This document shows positions 10,420 through 20,391 of a stretch of 64,000 nt of DNA, piece after piece. A model generated the notes under the pieces. That model had not been told where the DNA came from and did no database searches. It saw only the letters and a list, made by a program, of their open reading frames with translations. The translations under genes were made by a program, and so were the position numbers. Numbering within the stretch: the first letter of the stretch is position 1; each line of letters begins with the position of its first letter. Origin of the DNA: an uncultured Caulobacterales bacterium (GTDB lineage Bacteria > Pseudomonadota > Alphaproteobacteria > Caulobacterales > Parvularculaceae); NCBI GenBank assembly GCA_964392325.1, contig CAYMPJ010000002.1, positions 65,521 through 129,520 of the forward strand, read 5' to 3'.

Positions 10420-10974
10420 ATGGGAGGCGTTATGATAAAATGGTTACTTATTGTGCTGCTCGGCGGCGCCTTATTGCTGATCGCATTTTTTATCATTTTC
10501 GCATTGATGGTTTGGAACCATGAACGCGGCTACCCCAAAGCTATTCTCAGCGAGAAGGTTAAAGGCACTTGCTATGTTAGCCAAGAATCATTTGTCTTTC
10601 TAAAAACCACGGACGATTATATTGAAAGTAAAATTTTAAAAATTCTCCCGAGGCCAGAAAATGTCTCCCATATTTATGGGGATTACATACCGGGAACCTT
10701 TCTGAAAGAAGATGGCTCGGATATAACCGATTTGACGGACGCAATCCATGTACCCGCCGGAACACGGTTTATACTAAAAGATGGCTTTCATCATCGCACC
10801 CTTAATTCCAGCCGGTTTTATTTCTGGCTGGAGCCGGAAACGATATCTCTGGACAGTTCCTATTTTTATCAATCCCTTGGCATGACCACAAAGAACGGTG
10901 AAACTCATTTCTATACAGATGAAGAAATGGGCCTATTTCCGCAAAATGATATGTTTGTTAAGGCCGAGTGCTAA
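10420..10974 (+). CDS. Hypothetical N-terminally membrane-anchored protein
   Basis: One strong TM helix (WLLIVLLGGALLLIAFFIIFALMVW). No family recognised, and the gene is markedly AT-rich. Confidence 0.5.
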   Translation: MGGVMIKWLLIVLLGGALLLIAFFIIFALMVWNHERGYPKAILSEKVKGTCYVSQESFVFLKTTDDYIESKILKILPRPENVSHIYGDYIPGTFLKEDGSDITDLTDAIHVPAGTRFILKDGFHHRTLNSSRFYFWLEPETISLDSSYFYQSLGMTTKNGETHFYTDEEMGLFPQNDMFVKAEC

Positions 10975-11116
10975 AAAACTTCCCCAACGCCGCCGAACAT
11001 TCCAGCTAAACGGCAAAGCTAAATTTCAGGGCCACTTCACATTACCGATTGCCCCCAACTTGCCCTAGCCCTTGCCGCTCGCATCGGGTAAAAGATTAGA
11101 AAATGAAGAAATTTCC

Positions 11117-12355
11117 ATGAAAGACCCGAATTTGACAGACCAACCATCCATTTTATTGATTATCGGCGGCGGGATTGCGGCCTATAAAAGCCTCGTGCTT
11201 ATCCGTGAATGCGCAAAGCGCGGGATAGCCACCAAAGCGATCCTGACCAAGGCGGGCGCTGAGTTTGTAACGCCGCTATCGGTCTCCGGCTTGACCGGCG
11301 AGAAGACATTTACCGCGCTTTTTGATCTCACCGACGAAGCGGAGATGGGCCACATCCAGCTCTCCCGCGCGGCTGATCTGGTCGTGGTTGCTCCGGCTAC
11401 AGCTGATTTGATGGCAAAGGCCGCCAATGGGCACGCCAATGATCTCGCCACCACCGCGCTGATGGCAACCGATAAACCGGTCATGATGGCACCGGCCATG
11501 AATGTACGCATGTGGGAACATCGCGCGACCCAGCGCAATTTAGAGACGCTAAAATCAGATGGCGTAACGATTATTGGTCCCGATAAAGGGGATATGGCCT
11601 GCGGTGAATTTGGACCGGGGCGCATGGCCGAACCGGAAGAGATTGCCGATGCGATCGAGACCTATTTTGCAAAAACCCGTGTCGGCCCCATGACCGGTAA
11701 ACGCGTATTGGTCACCGCAGGACCCACCCACGAACCCCTCGATCCGGTGCGCTATATCGCAAACAGATCTTCGGGCAAACAAGGCTATGCAATTGCATCA
11801 GCTTTACGCAATCTGGGCGCAGAAGTCGTTCTGGTAACCGGACCAACGGATATCGCGGCGCCTCATGGGGTGGAGACCGTCAAGGTTCAATCCGCACGCG
11901 AAATGCTCGCCGCCAGTGAGGCCGCGCTTCCCGTCGATTGCGCCGTATGCTGCGCCGCTGTTGCCGATTATCGCCCTGAGATAGAAACAAATCATAAAAT
12001 CAAGAAAGAACGCGGCGGCCTTACCGCCATACCATTGGCAGAAAATCCAGATATTCTAAAAACACTTTCCCGTCATGAAAGCCAACGCCCTGAACTGGTT
12101 GTTGGGTTTGCCGCAGAAACAGACGATGTCATTGATCACGCGCAAGCAAAACGCGCCCGAAAAGGGTGCGACTGGATTGTTGCAAATGATGTTTCTCCGT
12201 CCACAGGGAATATGGGGGGAGACCGCAACACAGTGACCATTCTCTCTGATGCGGGGGAGGAAGAATGGCGCGAGATGGGCAAAGATAAAGTTGCTATTCG
12301 GTTGGCTATCAAAATCGCTAACCGGCTTGGTTCTTCTATCGACCAAAAGGATTAA
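11117..12355 (+). CDS. coaBC: Bifunctional phosphopantothenoylcysteine decarboxylase / phosphopantothenate-cysteine ligase
   Basis: Flavoprotein N-domain ([10 protein letters not shown]) plus a DFP C-domain, about 412 aa. ATG at 11117. Confidence 0.93.
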   Translation: MKDPNLTDQPSILLIIGGGIAAYKSLVLIRECAKRGIATKAILTKAGAEFVTPLSVSGLTGEKTFTALFDLTDEAEMGHIQLSRAADLVVVAPATADLMAKAANGHANDLATTALMATDKPVMMAPAMNVRMWEHRATQRNLETLKSDGVTIIGPDKGDMACGEFGPGRMAEPEEIADAIETYFAKTRVGPMTGKRVLVTAGPTHEPLDPVRYIANRSSGKQGYAIASALRNLGAEVVLVTGPTDIAAPHGVETVKVQSAREMLAASEAALPVDCAVCCAAVADYRPEIETNHKIKKERGGLTAIPLAENPDILKTLSRHESQRPELVVGFAAETDDVIDHAQAKRARKGCDWIVANDVSPSTGNMGGDRNTVTILSDAGEEEWREMGKDKVAIRLAIKIANRLGSSIDQKD

Positions 12356-12360
12356 AATTA

Positions 12361-12837
12361 ATGGAAAATTTCTACCCGGCGGAATTTCAGCCTGTTGTCA
12401 AAATTACCCGCCTTGAGAATGCCGCAGGTCTTGATCTTCCCTCCTATGAAACTGCATTGGCCGCAGGAGCAGATGTCCGCGCTGCAATTGATCAGGATAC
12501 CCCGCTTACATTGGCACCGGGCGAGCGTTTTATGGTACCAACCGGTATCGCCATCGCGCTTCCCGTCGGTTGGGAGGCACAAATGCGCCCGCGCTCCGGA
12601 CTAGCAGCCAAGCACGGAATTTCATGTGTCAATTCTCCCGGTACAATTGATGCAGATTATCGCGGCGAATTGCGGGTGATCCTGATTAATCATGGTAGTG
12701 AAGACTTTGTTATTAATCGCGGTGACCGTATAGGTCAGATCGTCGTTGCTCCCGCTTTTCAAGCCCATTTTGAAGAAGTTGATACGCTTGATGAAACGGA
12801 GCGCGGCGCGGGCGGTTTTGGTTCGACCGGTGTTTAA
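12361..12837 (+). CDS. dut: dUTP diphosphatase
   Basis: [10 protein letters not shown] and [10 protein letters not shown] motifs; directly follows coaBC. Confidence 0.95.
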   Translation: MENFYPAEFQPVVKITRLENAAGLDLPSYETALAAGADVRAAIDQDTPLTLAPGERFMVPTGIAIALPVGWEAQMRPRSGLAAKHGISCVNSPGTIDADYRGELRVILINHGSEDFVINRGDRIGQIVVAPAFQAHFEEVDTLDETERGAGGFGSTGV

Positions 12838-12848
12838 AGGGGACATGC

Positions 12849-13610
12849 GTGGCGCTTAGTTCCGATCAAATAGAGCGTTATTCACGTCATATTCTCCTCA
12901 AAGAAATTGGCGGACAGGGCCAGCAAAAACTCTTGAATGCGAGAATTTTGGTAGTCGGTGCTGGCGGCCTTGGCAGCCCCGCCCTTTTATATCTCGCCGC
13001 GGCAGGAATTGGCACCATTGGCATTGTTGATGATGACCAGATATCACTCTCGAATTTACAACGACAAATTTTATACAAAACCGGCCAAGTTGGTCAGAAT
13101 AAGCTGGAGGGCGCAGCGGCGCATATTTCCGGCCTAAACCCTGATGTGAAAATCATTCCCCATCAGCTAAGGCTGGCTGATAAAAACGCAGCAGCGCTGA
13201 TTGCAGATTATGATTTGATTTTGGAGGGCGTTGATAATTTTCAAACGCGCTACGCGCTAAATGAGGCTTGCATCGCCGTGAAAAAACCTCTTATTTCCGC
13301 AGCCGTCGGGCGCTTTGAAGGTCAGGTTGCAACTTTTAAACCGTATAGTGCGCCCGGCACGCTTCCTTGTTATCGATGCCTTGTTCCGCAAGAACCGCCG
13401 CGCGATGAGCAAATAAATTGCGATGAAGAAGGAATATTGGGCGTTGTCACCGGCGTTGTCGGCACCCTTGCCGCGACTGAAGCGCTAAAGGAAATACTAG
13501 GATTGGGAACCAGCCTGGCCGGACGCTTGCTAATCTACAGCGCCCTTGATTCACAACTCAGAACCGTAAAACTCAATGCGGATCCTGATTGCCCTGATTG
13601 TGGATTATAA
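12849..13610 (+). CDS. HesA/MoeB/ThiF family adenylyltransferase (molybdopterin-synthase adenylyltransferase-like)
   Basis: RYSRHILL, Rossmann motif GAGGLGSP, and CxxC pairs (CYRC, CPDC). Confidence 0.85.
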   Translation: MALSSDQIERYSRHILLKEIGGQGQQKLLNARILVVGAGGLGSPALLYLAAAGIGTIGIVDDDQISLSNLQRQILYKTGQVGQNKLEGAAAHISGLNPDVKIIPHQLRLADKNAAALIADYDLILEGVDNFQTRYALNEACIAVKKPLISAAVGRFEGQVATFKPYSAPGTLPCYRCLVPQEPPRDEQINCDEEGILGVVTGVVGTLAATEALKEILGLGTSLAGRLLIYSALDSQLRTVKLNADPDCPDCGL

Positions 13611-13663
13611 ATCGGGCTGTAAGGGCTGCTCGTTTCAAAGCACTAAAAAATACGGCGTGCGCC

Positions 13664-14101
13664 TTATCTCATCCGGCGATTTTTCTTGGGCGGTTTTGTG
13701 CGTATGATGGCATCTTTTATTTTTTCTGCGTCAGCGCTCTCGCATTGCTCGGCGCAGTGCAGAGCATCATTTCCCATGCTGCCGGTAATATATGGGTCAG
13801 CGCCAGCGCGCAGTAGCATTTTAACAATCTTCAGCGCGCCCTGCTCTGCGGCCATTGCAAGCGCAGTATCATTGGCCATCTCTTCATCTTGCGCATTTAC
13901 CTCCGCCCCTTTTTCTATCAATGTATGAACAAGACGGCTCTCATTGCTCTCAACCGCATAATGAAGTGTGGTGCGGCCAGTCTCATCAACCGCATTTATA
14001 TCGCCGCCCTGATCGAGAAGTTCCATAACCTTATCGAACGCGCCTTTTTGCGCAGCAAAGCGCAAATTTTCATTAATTTCCTGCTGCACTTCATAATCCA
14101 T
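13664..14101 (-). CDS. Ankyrin-repeat protein
   Basis: Repeats of the TTLHYAV...LIEKGAEVNAQD type; 145 aa. Confidence 0.8.
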   Translation of the reverse strand: MDYEVQQEINENLRFAAQKGAFDKVMELLDQGGDINAVDETGRTTLHYAVESNESRLVHTLIEKGAEVNAQDEEMANDTALAMAAEQGALKIVKMLLRAGADPYITGSMGNDALHCAEQCESADAEKIKDAIIRTKPPKKNRRMR

Positions 14102-14119
14102 AACACTTACCCTAAACGT

Positions 14120-14149
14120 AAAAAATGCCCACGGAAAAACTCCGTGGGC
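14120..14149 (-). terminator. Rho-independent terminator after the M23 peptidase gene
   Basis: An 8-bp stem GCCCACGG/CCGTGGGC (14127-14134 and 14142-14149) is followed on the minus strand by a T-run (ATTTTTT). Confidence 0.6.
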
Positions 14150-14173
14150 CGATAAAACACACTATTTGAAGAT

Positions 14174-15334
14174 TTATTCTGTAGTTGGCATATCGCCGGC
14201 TAATAACTGCGGATCAACCAGACGATTCAAGCCCAGCCATCGCACGCTCCAATGAAGATGAGGGCCGGTAACGCGCCCTGTCGCGCCGACAAGGCCGATC
14301 ACCTCGCCCCTTTCAACCCGCTGACCAACTTTCACATCTAATTGCGACATATGCAAAAATGCACTTTCAATGCGGTGTCCATGATCAAGCAAAACGGTGC
14401 CGCCGCCAAAATACATATCGGGCTGCGCCAGCGTTACCACGCCGCTAGCAGGCGCGATGATTGGTGTACCCGTTGGGCGCGCCACATCAACACCGGAATG
14501 GGGGCGCTTTGGTTCTCCATTTAAAATTCTACGTGAACCAAACACACCGGAAATGCGGCCCGTTAGAGGCCAATCAAACCCGCCGACCCAATCAGCACTA
14601 TCATTATAGCTTTTGCTTCGTGCAACTTTGAACAAGGCCTGGTCCGCGCGAATTTTTTTCAACTGCTCGGCATTGAAACCCGATACTTTTGATTGATCAA
14701 GATTATCGATACGCTGTTCAGGGAAACTCTTATCTTCCAACTCAATTGTATGACGATGGGTAATCCCGCTGGGTAGGGTGACCGTTAGCAAAGCGGTTAG
14801 GGCACTATCGCGGCCAAAGCCCAGCACGAATAAACCGTCATCATCCACCATTATGGTGTTGCCCTGCAGTTTAACTTCTGCGCCGGGCTCTGTTTGGCCA
14901 AACAACATACCCCCTTGGGAGAACACACCGGTAAGGGTAAATCCTTCGGGCGTGTTGGCAAAAACTTTCTGGCGTTCATCGGCCAGCGTCATTGCCTCTT
15001 GAAAGTTTGCCTGTTTTTGCAAGTTCACCGGGTTTGCAACATCTGCATCTTTCAAAACCAGCGCCCCGGACTGAGGATCGCGTTCAATCTTTTGGCCTAC
15101 CGGGGGGAGATCAGGCTGATTGAGAACTGCACTATTGGTAGCAATATCCAGCTCTGGCGCGCTTCCATCTTTTATATCCTCAGGCAATTCAGGCACAGCG
15201 ATAGCCGAGCTCACGGCCTCGCTCGATTGAACACTTGCACGCGCCTCAACACTATCCTGACTGGCATCACCCACCGGGGTGACCGCGCAACTCGTCAACA
15301 CTAATCCTGCTAAAGTAAATTTCAAAATTTGCAT
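14174..15334 (-). CDS. M23 family metallopeptidase (LytM-like), exported
   Basis: HSGVD and GPHLHW zinc motifs in the C-terminal domain; N-terminal signal or lipoprotein-like sequence. Confidence 0.88.
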   Translation of the reverse strand: MQILKFTLAGLVLTSCAVTPVGDASQDSVEARASVQSSEAVSSAIAVPELPEDIKDGSAPELDIATNSAVLNQPDLPPVGQKIERDPQSGALVLKDADVANPVNLQKQANFQEAMTLADERQKVFANTPEGFTLTGVFSQGGMLFGQTEPGAEVKLQGNTIMVDDDGLFVLGFGRDSALTALLTVTLPSGITHRHTIELEDKSFPEQRIDNLDQSKVSGFNAEQLKKIRADQALFKVARSKSYNDSADWVGGFDWPLTGRISGVFGSRRILNGEPKRPHSGVDVARPTGTPIIAPASGVVTLAQPDMYFGGGTVLLDHGHRIESAFLHMSQLDVKVGQRVERGEVIGLVGATGRVTGPHLHWSVRWLGLNRLVDPQLLAGDMPTTE

Positions 15335-15345
15335 GTCAAATTCCC

Positions 15346-15558
15346 TTAATCAAGAAGGCCAAATCCTTTAGATGCCGCCTCGGCGTCTTTATAAGCTTCC
15401 TGTTTATCTACATTCCAGTAGCGAAGCGCCTCTAACGGTATGCGCACACCGGTAACGCTGCATAACACATAATCACCCGGCACTAAAATATCATAGTCCG
15501 CATCGCTATATTCTAGCTTGGCTTCGCCGCCATTCAAAAAATTGTGCTGATGGTTCAT
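15346..15558 (-). CDS. DUF2093-like small protein
   Basis: 70 aa. The sequence recalls the alphaproteobacterial DUF2093 family (YDILVPGD...CAVTG-type core). This is memory-based only. Confidence 0.6.
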   Translation of the reverse strand: MNHQHNFLNGGEAKLEYSDADYDILVPGDYVLCSVTGVRIPLEALRYWNVDKQEAYKDAEAASKGFGLLD

Positions 15559-15611
15559 ATTTCTCTCTCAAAAGTCTAATGTAGCGCGGCAAGGCGCAAA
15601 GCGCAAAGCCC

Positions 15612-16796
15612 TCATCCAATCTGCTTCTCGTAAATCCGGTAGGTCTTGTCGATTTCCGCGCCAATATCTTCTAACATGGTGATCATGGGCTTGTTACTCT
15701 CCAATATCCATGAGAGTTCAGCATGTGTAATCCCATGCTCGATACTAGAATTATTGACCATTTCAATAATCTTATACGCGAAGGCAGCCCCCAAGGGTTT
15801 GCCCTGAAATTTCTTTCGGATGCCCATAAGCGGCATCCGCGCTGTCTGCACTTTCTTGACCTTCAGATGCCACAAAAATTTCACCCAGTTTAACGGGAGC
15901 AGACGCCCTTTCATATCCTTGATGATTTCATTGATATTGGGCAAGACAATGCCCATCGCCGCTGGCTCACCATCTACAAGACACATCACCGTATTATAGC
16001 GCGTTATGATTGGCCGAAGATCCGTTGCCATGTGATTGGCTTCTTGCTTGCTCAGCGGAATAAAGCCCCAATTATCGGCCCATGCATCGTTGAAAATATC
16101 AACAGCCGTATTAATTTCTTCACGGAATATTTTAAAATCAAAATTACGCACTTCAACACGGTCATTGGCGATTAATTTATCGACAAATTTCTGGCGTCGT
16201 TCTGGCATAAATCCGTAGCGCGCTGGGTACCATAGGGCATACATGTCAGAGGCTTTTTCAAAACCCCAATTTTCTATATAGTTCTGATAGTAGGTTTTTC
16301 CATGAGGCATCATAACCGCTGGCGATCGCTCGAACCCATCGATTAATAGTCCGCACTCCTCATTTACAGAGAAATTATATGGGCCAGACATTTTCGTCAT
16401 ACCGCGCTCAAAAAGCCAGTCGCGCGCTGTGGTAAGGAGAAGGTCGATAACGGAACTATCATCGATAGCTTCAAAATATCCAAAATGGCCGGTCTTTACA
16501 TTATAATGACTATTATGGGTCTGATTTACAATCGCTGCGATACGCCCGACAATTTCATTTCCACGCTCAACAATCCATAACTGGTGGTCATTATCAGCAA
16601 GGAGCGGGTTTGATTTGGTATTGAGCCGGGCTAAAATTTCATAATCCAGTGGCTGTACAAAAGCCGAATCCCCTTCATAGAGAGGAAGGGTCATACGGAC
16701 AAATCTGCGACGATCCTGAACACTATGAACCTGGCTCAAGGATAAACCATCAATTTGCGTGGGCGATGATTGGGAAGGGGCCAATTGAGATGACAC
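15612..16796 (-). CDS. GNAT-fold-like N-acyltransferase family protein (394 aa)
   Basis: The pattern FVRM.LPLY...FVQPL...NP...WIVERGNEIVGRIAA and FNDAWADNWGFIPLSKQE recalls a widespread family of about 390 aa annotated as N-acetyltransferase. The function is unknown. Confidence 0.55.
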   Translation of the reverse strand: MSSQLAPSQSSPTQIDGLSLSQVHSVQDRRRFVRMTLPLYEGDSAFVQPLDYEILARLNTKSNPLLADNDHQLWIVERGNEIVGRIAAIVNQTHNSHYNVKTGHFGYFEAIDDSSVIDLLLTTARDWLFERGMTKMSGPYNFSVNEECGLLIDGFERSPAVMMPHGKTYYQNYIENWGFEKASDMYALWYPARYGFMPERRQKFVDKLIANDRVEVRNFDFKIFREEINTAVDIFNDAWADNWGFIPLSKQEANHMATDLRPIITRYNTVMCLVDGEPAAMGIVLPNINEIIKDMKGRLLPLNWVKFLWHLKVKKVQTARMPLMGIRKKFQGKPLGAAFAYKIIEMVNNSSIEHGITHAELSWILESNKPMITMLEDIGAEIDKTYRIYEKQIG

Positions 16797-16958
16797 TGGA
16801 GGTCGCCGCTTTCATTGAAAAATCTTCGAAATTCAGCTTCTTAAATATCCCAAAATACCTTTTCTTGGAACCTTTAATCTCAATGCACCAACCATATTAT
16901 CGGGTAAACCCGCAAAAAAGAGGACGAAAAATCGAGCTATCAATTATGAGAGACCGAA

Positions 16959-17516
16959 TTAACGTCGGCGCAATTTAATTGTCAGGTTTTTACCGGACTC
17001 ATCAAGCTCAAACAGGGTCTTCTCAATAGGGGGCGCTTTAAACCGTTTTTTTGTATCGAGAGATACGCCCCATTTTTCAACGGGAATGCCAAGATTACCT
17101 TTATCGAGGATCATATTTGAGTTCTTATCGTGAAAAACCGCAACCGCATACACATCCGCCTCCGGGGCATGAATACAAAAATATGTCTCATCCTTAAGAG
17201 CGGGAAAGGTGGTTTGCACAATTTGCCCGGCTTGCTTCAGAAAAGTCTCAGGATCATTCTTATAGAGATCCACGACAATTTGCCCCTCTCCGCTTTTAAC
17301 TTTAGTCACGATAACCTTGATCTGAAAAGGCGCGCCCGTGCAGCTTTCATGCTCAAACGCGAACGGATCGCTTTCTGTTTCCTGTTCTTGGGCAGCGGCT
17401 GCGACGCTGGCCCCGAAACCAACTAACCCCGCACTGAGTGCACTCAAAACTAGCGAGCTAATCAAAGCTCTTTTCTTTGAGGGTTTCGCATTTAACTCTG
17501 CAACAAGATTAGTCAT
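16959..17516 (-). CDS. DUF2141 domain protein, secreted
   Basis: Signal peptide; YAVAVFHDKNSNMILDKGNLGIPVEKWG matches the DUF2141 core (HDENGNGKLD..GIP.EGYG). Confidence 0.65.
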   Translation of the reverse strand: MTNLVAELNAKPSKKRALISSLVLSALSAGLVGFGASVAAAAQEQETESDPFAFEHESCTGAPFQIKVIVTKVKSGEGQIVVDLYKNDPETFLKQAGQIVQTTFPALKDETYFCIHAPEADVYAVAVFHDKNSNMILDKGNLGIPVEKWGVSLDTKKRFKAPPIEKTLFELDESGKNLTIKLRRR

Positions 17517-17707
17517 AAGAAAAATATCTCCAACACATTACAAACCGCAACATTACAATTCGTTACTTCATAACACCACAAATTTAACCGCTTAACTTGG
17601 CCAAAATGTGATTTTTTCATGACTCTCTCCCCCCTAACCCCAGCCGCATGAATAAAATCACCGGTTTCAGGCGCACATAGCGGTCAAAATTGCGTGATGA
17701 ATAGCCT

Positions 17708-18919
17708 TTAAGAGGGCATATCTACTTTCGCGGATGAAAATTGCTTGGCCATTGCGCCATAAGCTTCAAGAATATGATCAATATCTTGCGTGCTATGAGC
17801 TGCAGAAACACTTAAACGCAAAAGCGAAGTCCCATTTGGAGTGCCCGGCGGGATTCCCAAATTAACATAAACCCCCTGCCTAAGCAGAAAATCCCAAGCG
17901 GCAAATGCTGTCTCCTGGTTTGGGAATAGAACAGAAATTACAGGCGCGGGATCTGCCGCAAGCTTAAGACCAAGCTGTTTAATCGATCCATGAATACGAG
18001 TTACATTGTCCCATAATTTAGCGCGAATCTCTGGCTTGCTGGAAATAGCGTGCAAGGCCGCAGTAGTTGATGCAATATTGGCCGGTGAGGGAGAGGCAGT
18101 AAAAGTATAAGCGCGGGCAGAAAACCGCAAATATTCAAGTTCTTTATGGTTGGAAGCAACAAAGCCTCCAATTGATGCAAGACTCTTAGAAAAGGTGCCG
18201 GAATAAAAATCAATTTTATCCATTACCCCTTCTGCGTCCCCGCAGCCTCGACCATTGGGTCCATAAACCCCGAACGAATGGGCTTCATCCACATATAACA
18301 TCCCGCCATGGGCATGGGTGACCTCGGCAAATTCTTTTATCGGCGCAACATCCCCGAACATGGAATACATCCCCTCGATGCAGACAAGCTTGCCTTTTAC
18401 CGACGGATCAAGACGCGAAAGACGTTTATCGAGACTCTCGGGTGAATTATGACGGAAACGGATTGTTTCCGCACCGCTTAATTGGCAGCCATCATAGATG
18501 CAAGCATGGCAATCAGCATCAATGAAAATGACATCCTCGCCGGGGCTTGCCAAAGCGGAAATCGCCCCGAGATTAGCTTGATATCCGGTTGAATAGACCA
18601 TGCAATGACCCATACCGAGGAACTGCGCCAAGCCCTCTTCCAATGCTTTATGGCTGGAGAAAGTACCATTGGCAAAGCGCGACCCGGTCGTACCGGTGCC
18701 CTGGCTCGCAAGCGCTTCTTGCCCAGCTTTAATTCCCTCTTCCTGAAATGTAAGACCCAAATAATTATGGGTTCCGGCAAGGACTGTCGGTTTTCCTTTA
18801 ATCACCGCCCGGGTCGGGCTGATAATTTCCTCCATCACCACTGTAAAGGGGTTTTTTCCCGCATCGGATAATTGATTATAGGTAACGGCAGTTTTTTCGA
18901 ATTTTTCAAATAGGCTCAT
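17708..18919 (-). CDS. spt: Serine palmitoyltransferase (alpha-oxoamine synthase family)
   Basis: Long colinear similarity to Sphingomonas SPT as I recall it: NPFTVVMEEIISPTRAVIKGKPTVLAGTHNYLGLTF, RFRHNSPESLDKRLSRL, and the PLP lysine in GTFSKS. Confidence 0.9.
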   Translation of the reverse strand: MSLFEKFEKTAVTYNQLSDAGKNPFTVVMEEIISPTRAVIKGKPTVLAGTHNYLGLTFQEEGIKAGQEALASQGTGTTGSRFANGTFSSHKALEEGLAQFLGMGHCMVYSTGYQANLGAISALASPGEDVIFIDADCHACIYDGCQLSGAETIRFRHNSPESLDKRLSRLDPSVKGKLVCIEGMYSMFGDVAPIKEFAEVTHAHGGMLYVDEAHSFGVYGPNGRGCGDAEGVMDKIDFYSGTFSKSLASIGGFVASNHKELEYLRFSARAYTFTASPSPANIASTTAALHAISSKPEIRAKLWDNVTRIHGSIKQLGLKLAADPAPVISVLFPNQETAFAAWDFLLRQGVYVNLGIPPGTPNGTSLLRLSVSAAHSTQDIDHILEAYGAMAKQFSSAKVDMPS

Positions 18920-18972
18920 AATAGTTCCAGCAATATTCCGATACAGATCATTTATATAGACGCCATCATAGA

Positions 18973-18998
18973 CATGCCTGTTTCACAAACAAGGCATG
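18973..18998 (-). promoter_or_regulatory. Intercistronic hairpin between the ACP gene and spt
   Basis: CATGCCTGTTT / AAACAAGGCATG forms an 11-bp stem with one bulge and a 3-nt loop. There is no T-run. Confidence 0.4.
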
Positions 18999-19012
18999 AT
19001 CCCATGAATAGC

Positions 19013-19276
19013 CTATGCATCCTTTTGCTTGATCTGATGAATAGCATCGACAAGCTCGCCAATTGTTTTGATTTCTGAAATAACATTCACCGGTATCGAG
19101 ATGTCGTAAGCATCCTCAATCTCCATCACAATGTCGAGCACCGCAACACTCTCCGCTTCGAGATCGACAACCATGTCTGTATCTCGGGTGAGCTTGATAT
19201 TCTTCGTGTTTATAGGTTCCAGAAACCCGCATATTTTATGAAAAACGAGATCGTCATCTTCCTGAATGGCTGTCAT
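19013..19276 (-). CDS. Dedicated acyl carrier protein of the sphingolipid cluster
   Basis: 87 aa with the ACP helix-II region DLEAESVAVLDIVMEIEDAY. The start is trimmed to MTAIQEDD (ATG at 19276) to remove the overlap with the upstream gene. Confidence 0.85.
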   Translation of the reverse strand: MTAIQEDDDLVFHKICGFLEPINTKNIKLTRDTDMVVDLEAESVAVLDIVMEIEDAYDISIPVNVISEIKTIGELVDAIHQIKQKDA

Positions 19277-19326
19277 GATAAATTTTTCCGGTTTGATCGC
19301 CGTTCCTAACTGGCAATCTTTCTCAT

Positions 19327-20391
19327 TCAAAGTAGTCCTTGTTGCTGATACCACAAAGCGGTGCGCGCAAAACCCTCTTTTAAGGGAATTTTCGGGTGCC
19401 AGTCTGTTGCATCCTTTAGCAAATTTTCTCGCGCTGCCCAATCAGGATGAAAGAATTCAGCGATTTTTTCTGGAGTAACCATGGGAGAGCGCCCCGTGGC
19501 CCGAATCAATGCGCTTGTCGACGCAGCATAAGCCCACAATACCGAGTGCGGCAGAGAGAGCGTGCGCGCTTTTACTTTCTGGGCTGTGGCGCAAGCATAA
19601 GCGATTTCATCCCAGCTATGCCCATCTGGCTGATTATCTCCCACTTCATAAAGTTTATCAGCGGGTGCATGATAAAGCGCCGTCAAAACCGCACGGGCAA
19701 AATCGTCAACAAAAAGAATAGAAGCTCTGGTGGGTGACTTGCTTGCGGGAACCGGTGCCAATCCGTTTTTGACAGCCTTGAAAAAGGGTAGTGTCGCAGT
19801 ATCTCTTGGCCCGAACATGGCTGGTGCCCGTAAAATGATATGCTTGGCGCGCCCGCTTAAACCGTCAATAATCGCTTGTTCACTTTGAAATTTACTACGG
19901 GCATAGGTCGATATTTCCGGCTGGCGTGCGGCCAGAGAAGAAATATGGATGAATTTATTCTCCCCGTCAGTTCCGTCATTGGCATCACCGCACTGGTCAG
20001 CAAAAACCTCTGCAAGCTGGCGCGCCCCATCAACATTTACCTCATAAAACTCTTCATTACGGCGCGCATGGGTTAGCCCCGCACAATGTATAATATGATC
20101 TTGACCCTGAACGAAATTCTGAAGAACCTGCGGGTCAGATAAATCCCCTTCAACAACCCGCACCCCTTCCCGGCGATGAAGGCGGGCGGGGTTTCTTACC
20201 AGTACGCTTAAATGATGCCCTTGCTCTAGCAGTAAATCTGCAAGCGCGGCCCCAACAAATCCGGTTGCGCCGGTTAATCCAATGGACATGCTTTGTTGCT
20301 GCCGGGGGGTATCCTGCAAGGTCTTTTGTGGAGACCCATGATCTTGGGAGAGCGATTGAGTGTGATCGGAATTTTGCAAAAATTCAGCCAT
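19327..20391 (-). CDS. NAD(P)-dependent epimerase/dehydratase-family reductase (CerR-like)
   Basis: Rossmann motif GATGFVG. Its position between the acyl-ACP synthetase and ACP/spt matches the Caulobacter ceramide cluster. Its ATG directly abuts the upstream stop (TAAATG). Confidence 0.75.
   Translation of the reverse strand: MAEFLQNSDHTQSLSQDHGSPQKTLQDTPRQQQSMSIGLTGATGFVGAALADLLLEQGHHLSVLVRNPARLHRREGVRVVEGDLSDPQVLQNFVQGQDHIIHCAGLTHARRNEEFYEVNVDGARQLAEVFADQCGDANDGTDGENKFIHISSLAARQPEISTYARSKFQSEQAIIDGLSGRAKHIILRAPAMFGPRDTATLPFFKAVKNGLAPVPASKSPTRASILFVDDFARAVLTALYHAPADKLYEVGDNQPDGHSWDEIAYACATAQKVKARTLSLPHSVLWAYAASTSALIRATGRSPMVTPEKIAEFFHPDWAARENLLKDATDWHPKIPLKEGFARTALWYQQQGLL

Noticed and set aside
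19013-19441. The 142-aa extended version of the ACP ORF, which overlaps the reductase gene.
   Set aside because: ACPs are about 80-90 aa. The internal ATG at 19276 gives a canonical ACP and removes the 115-nt overlap.
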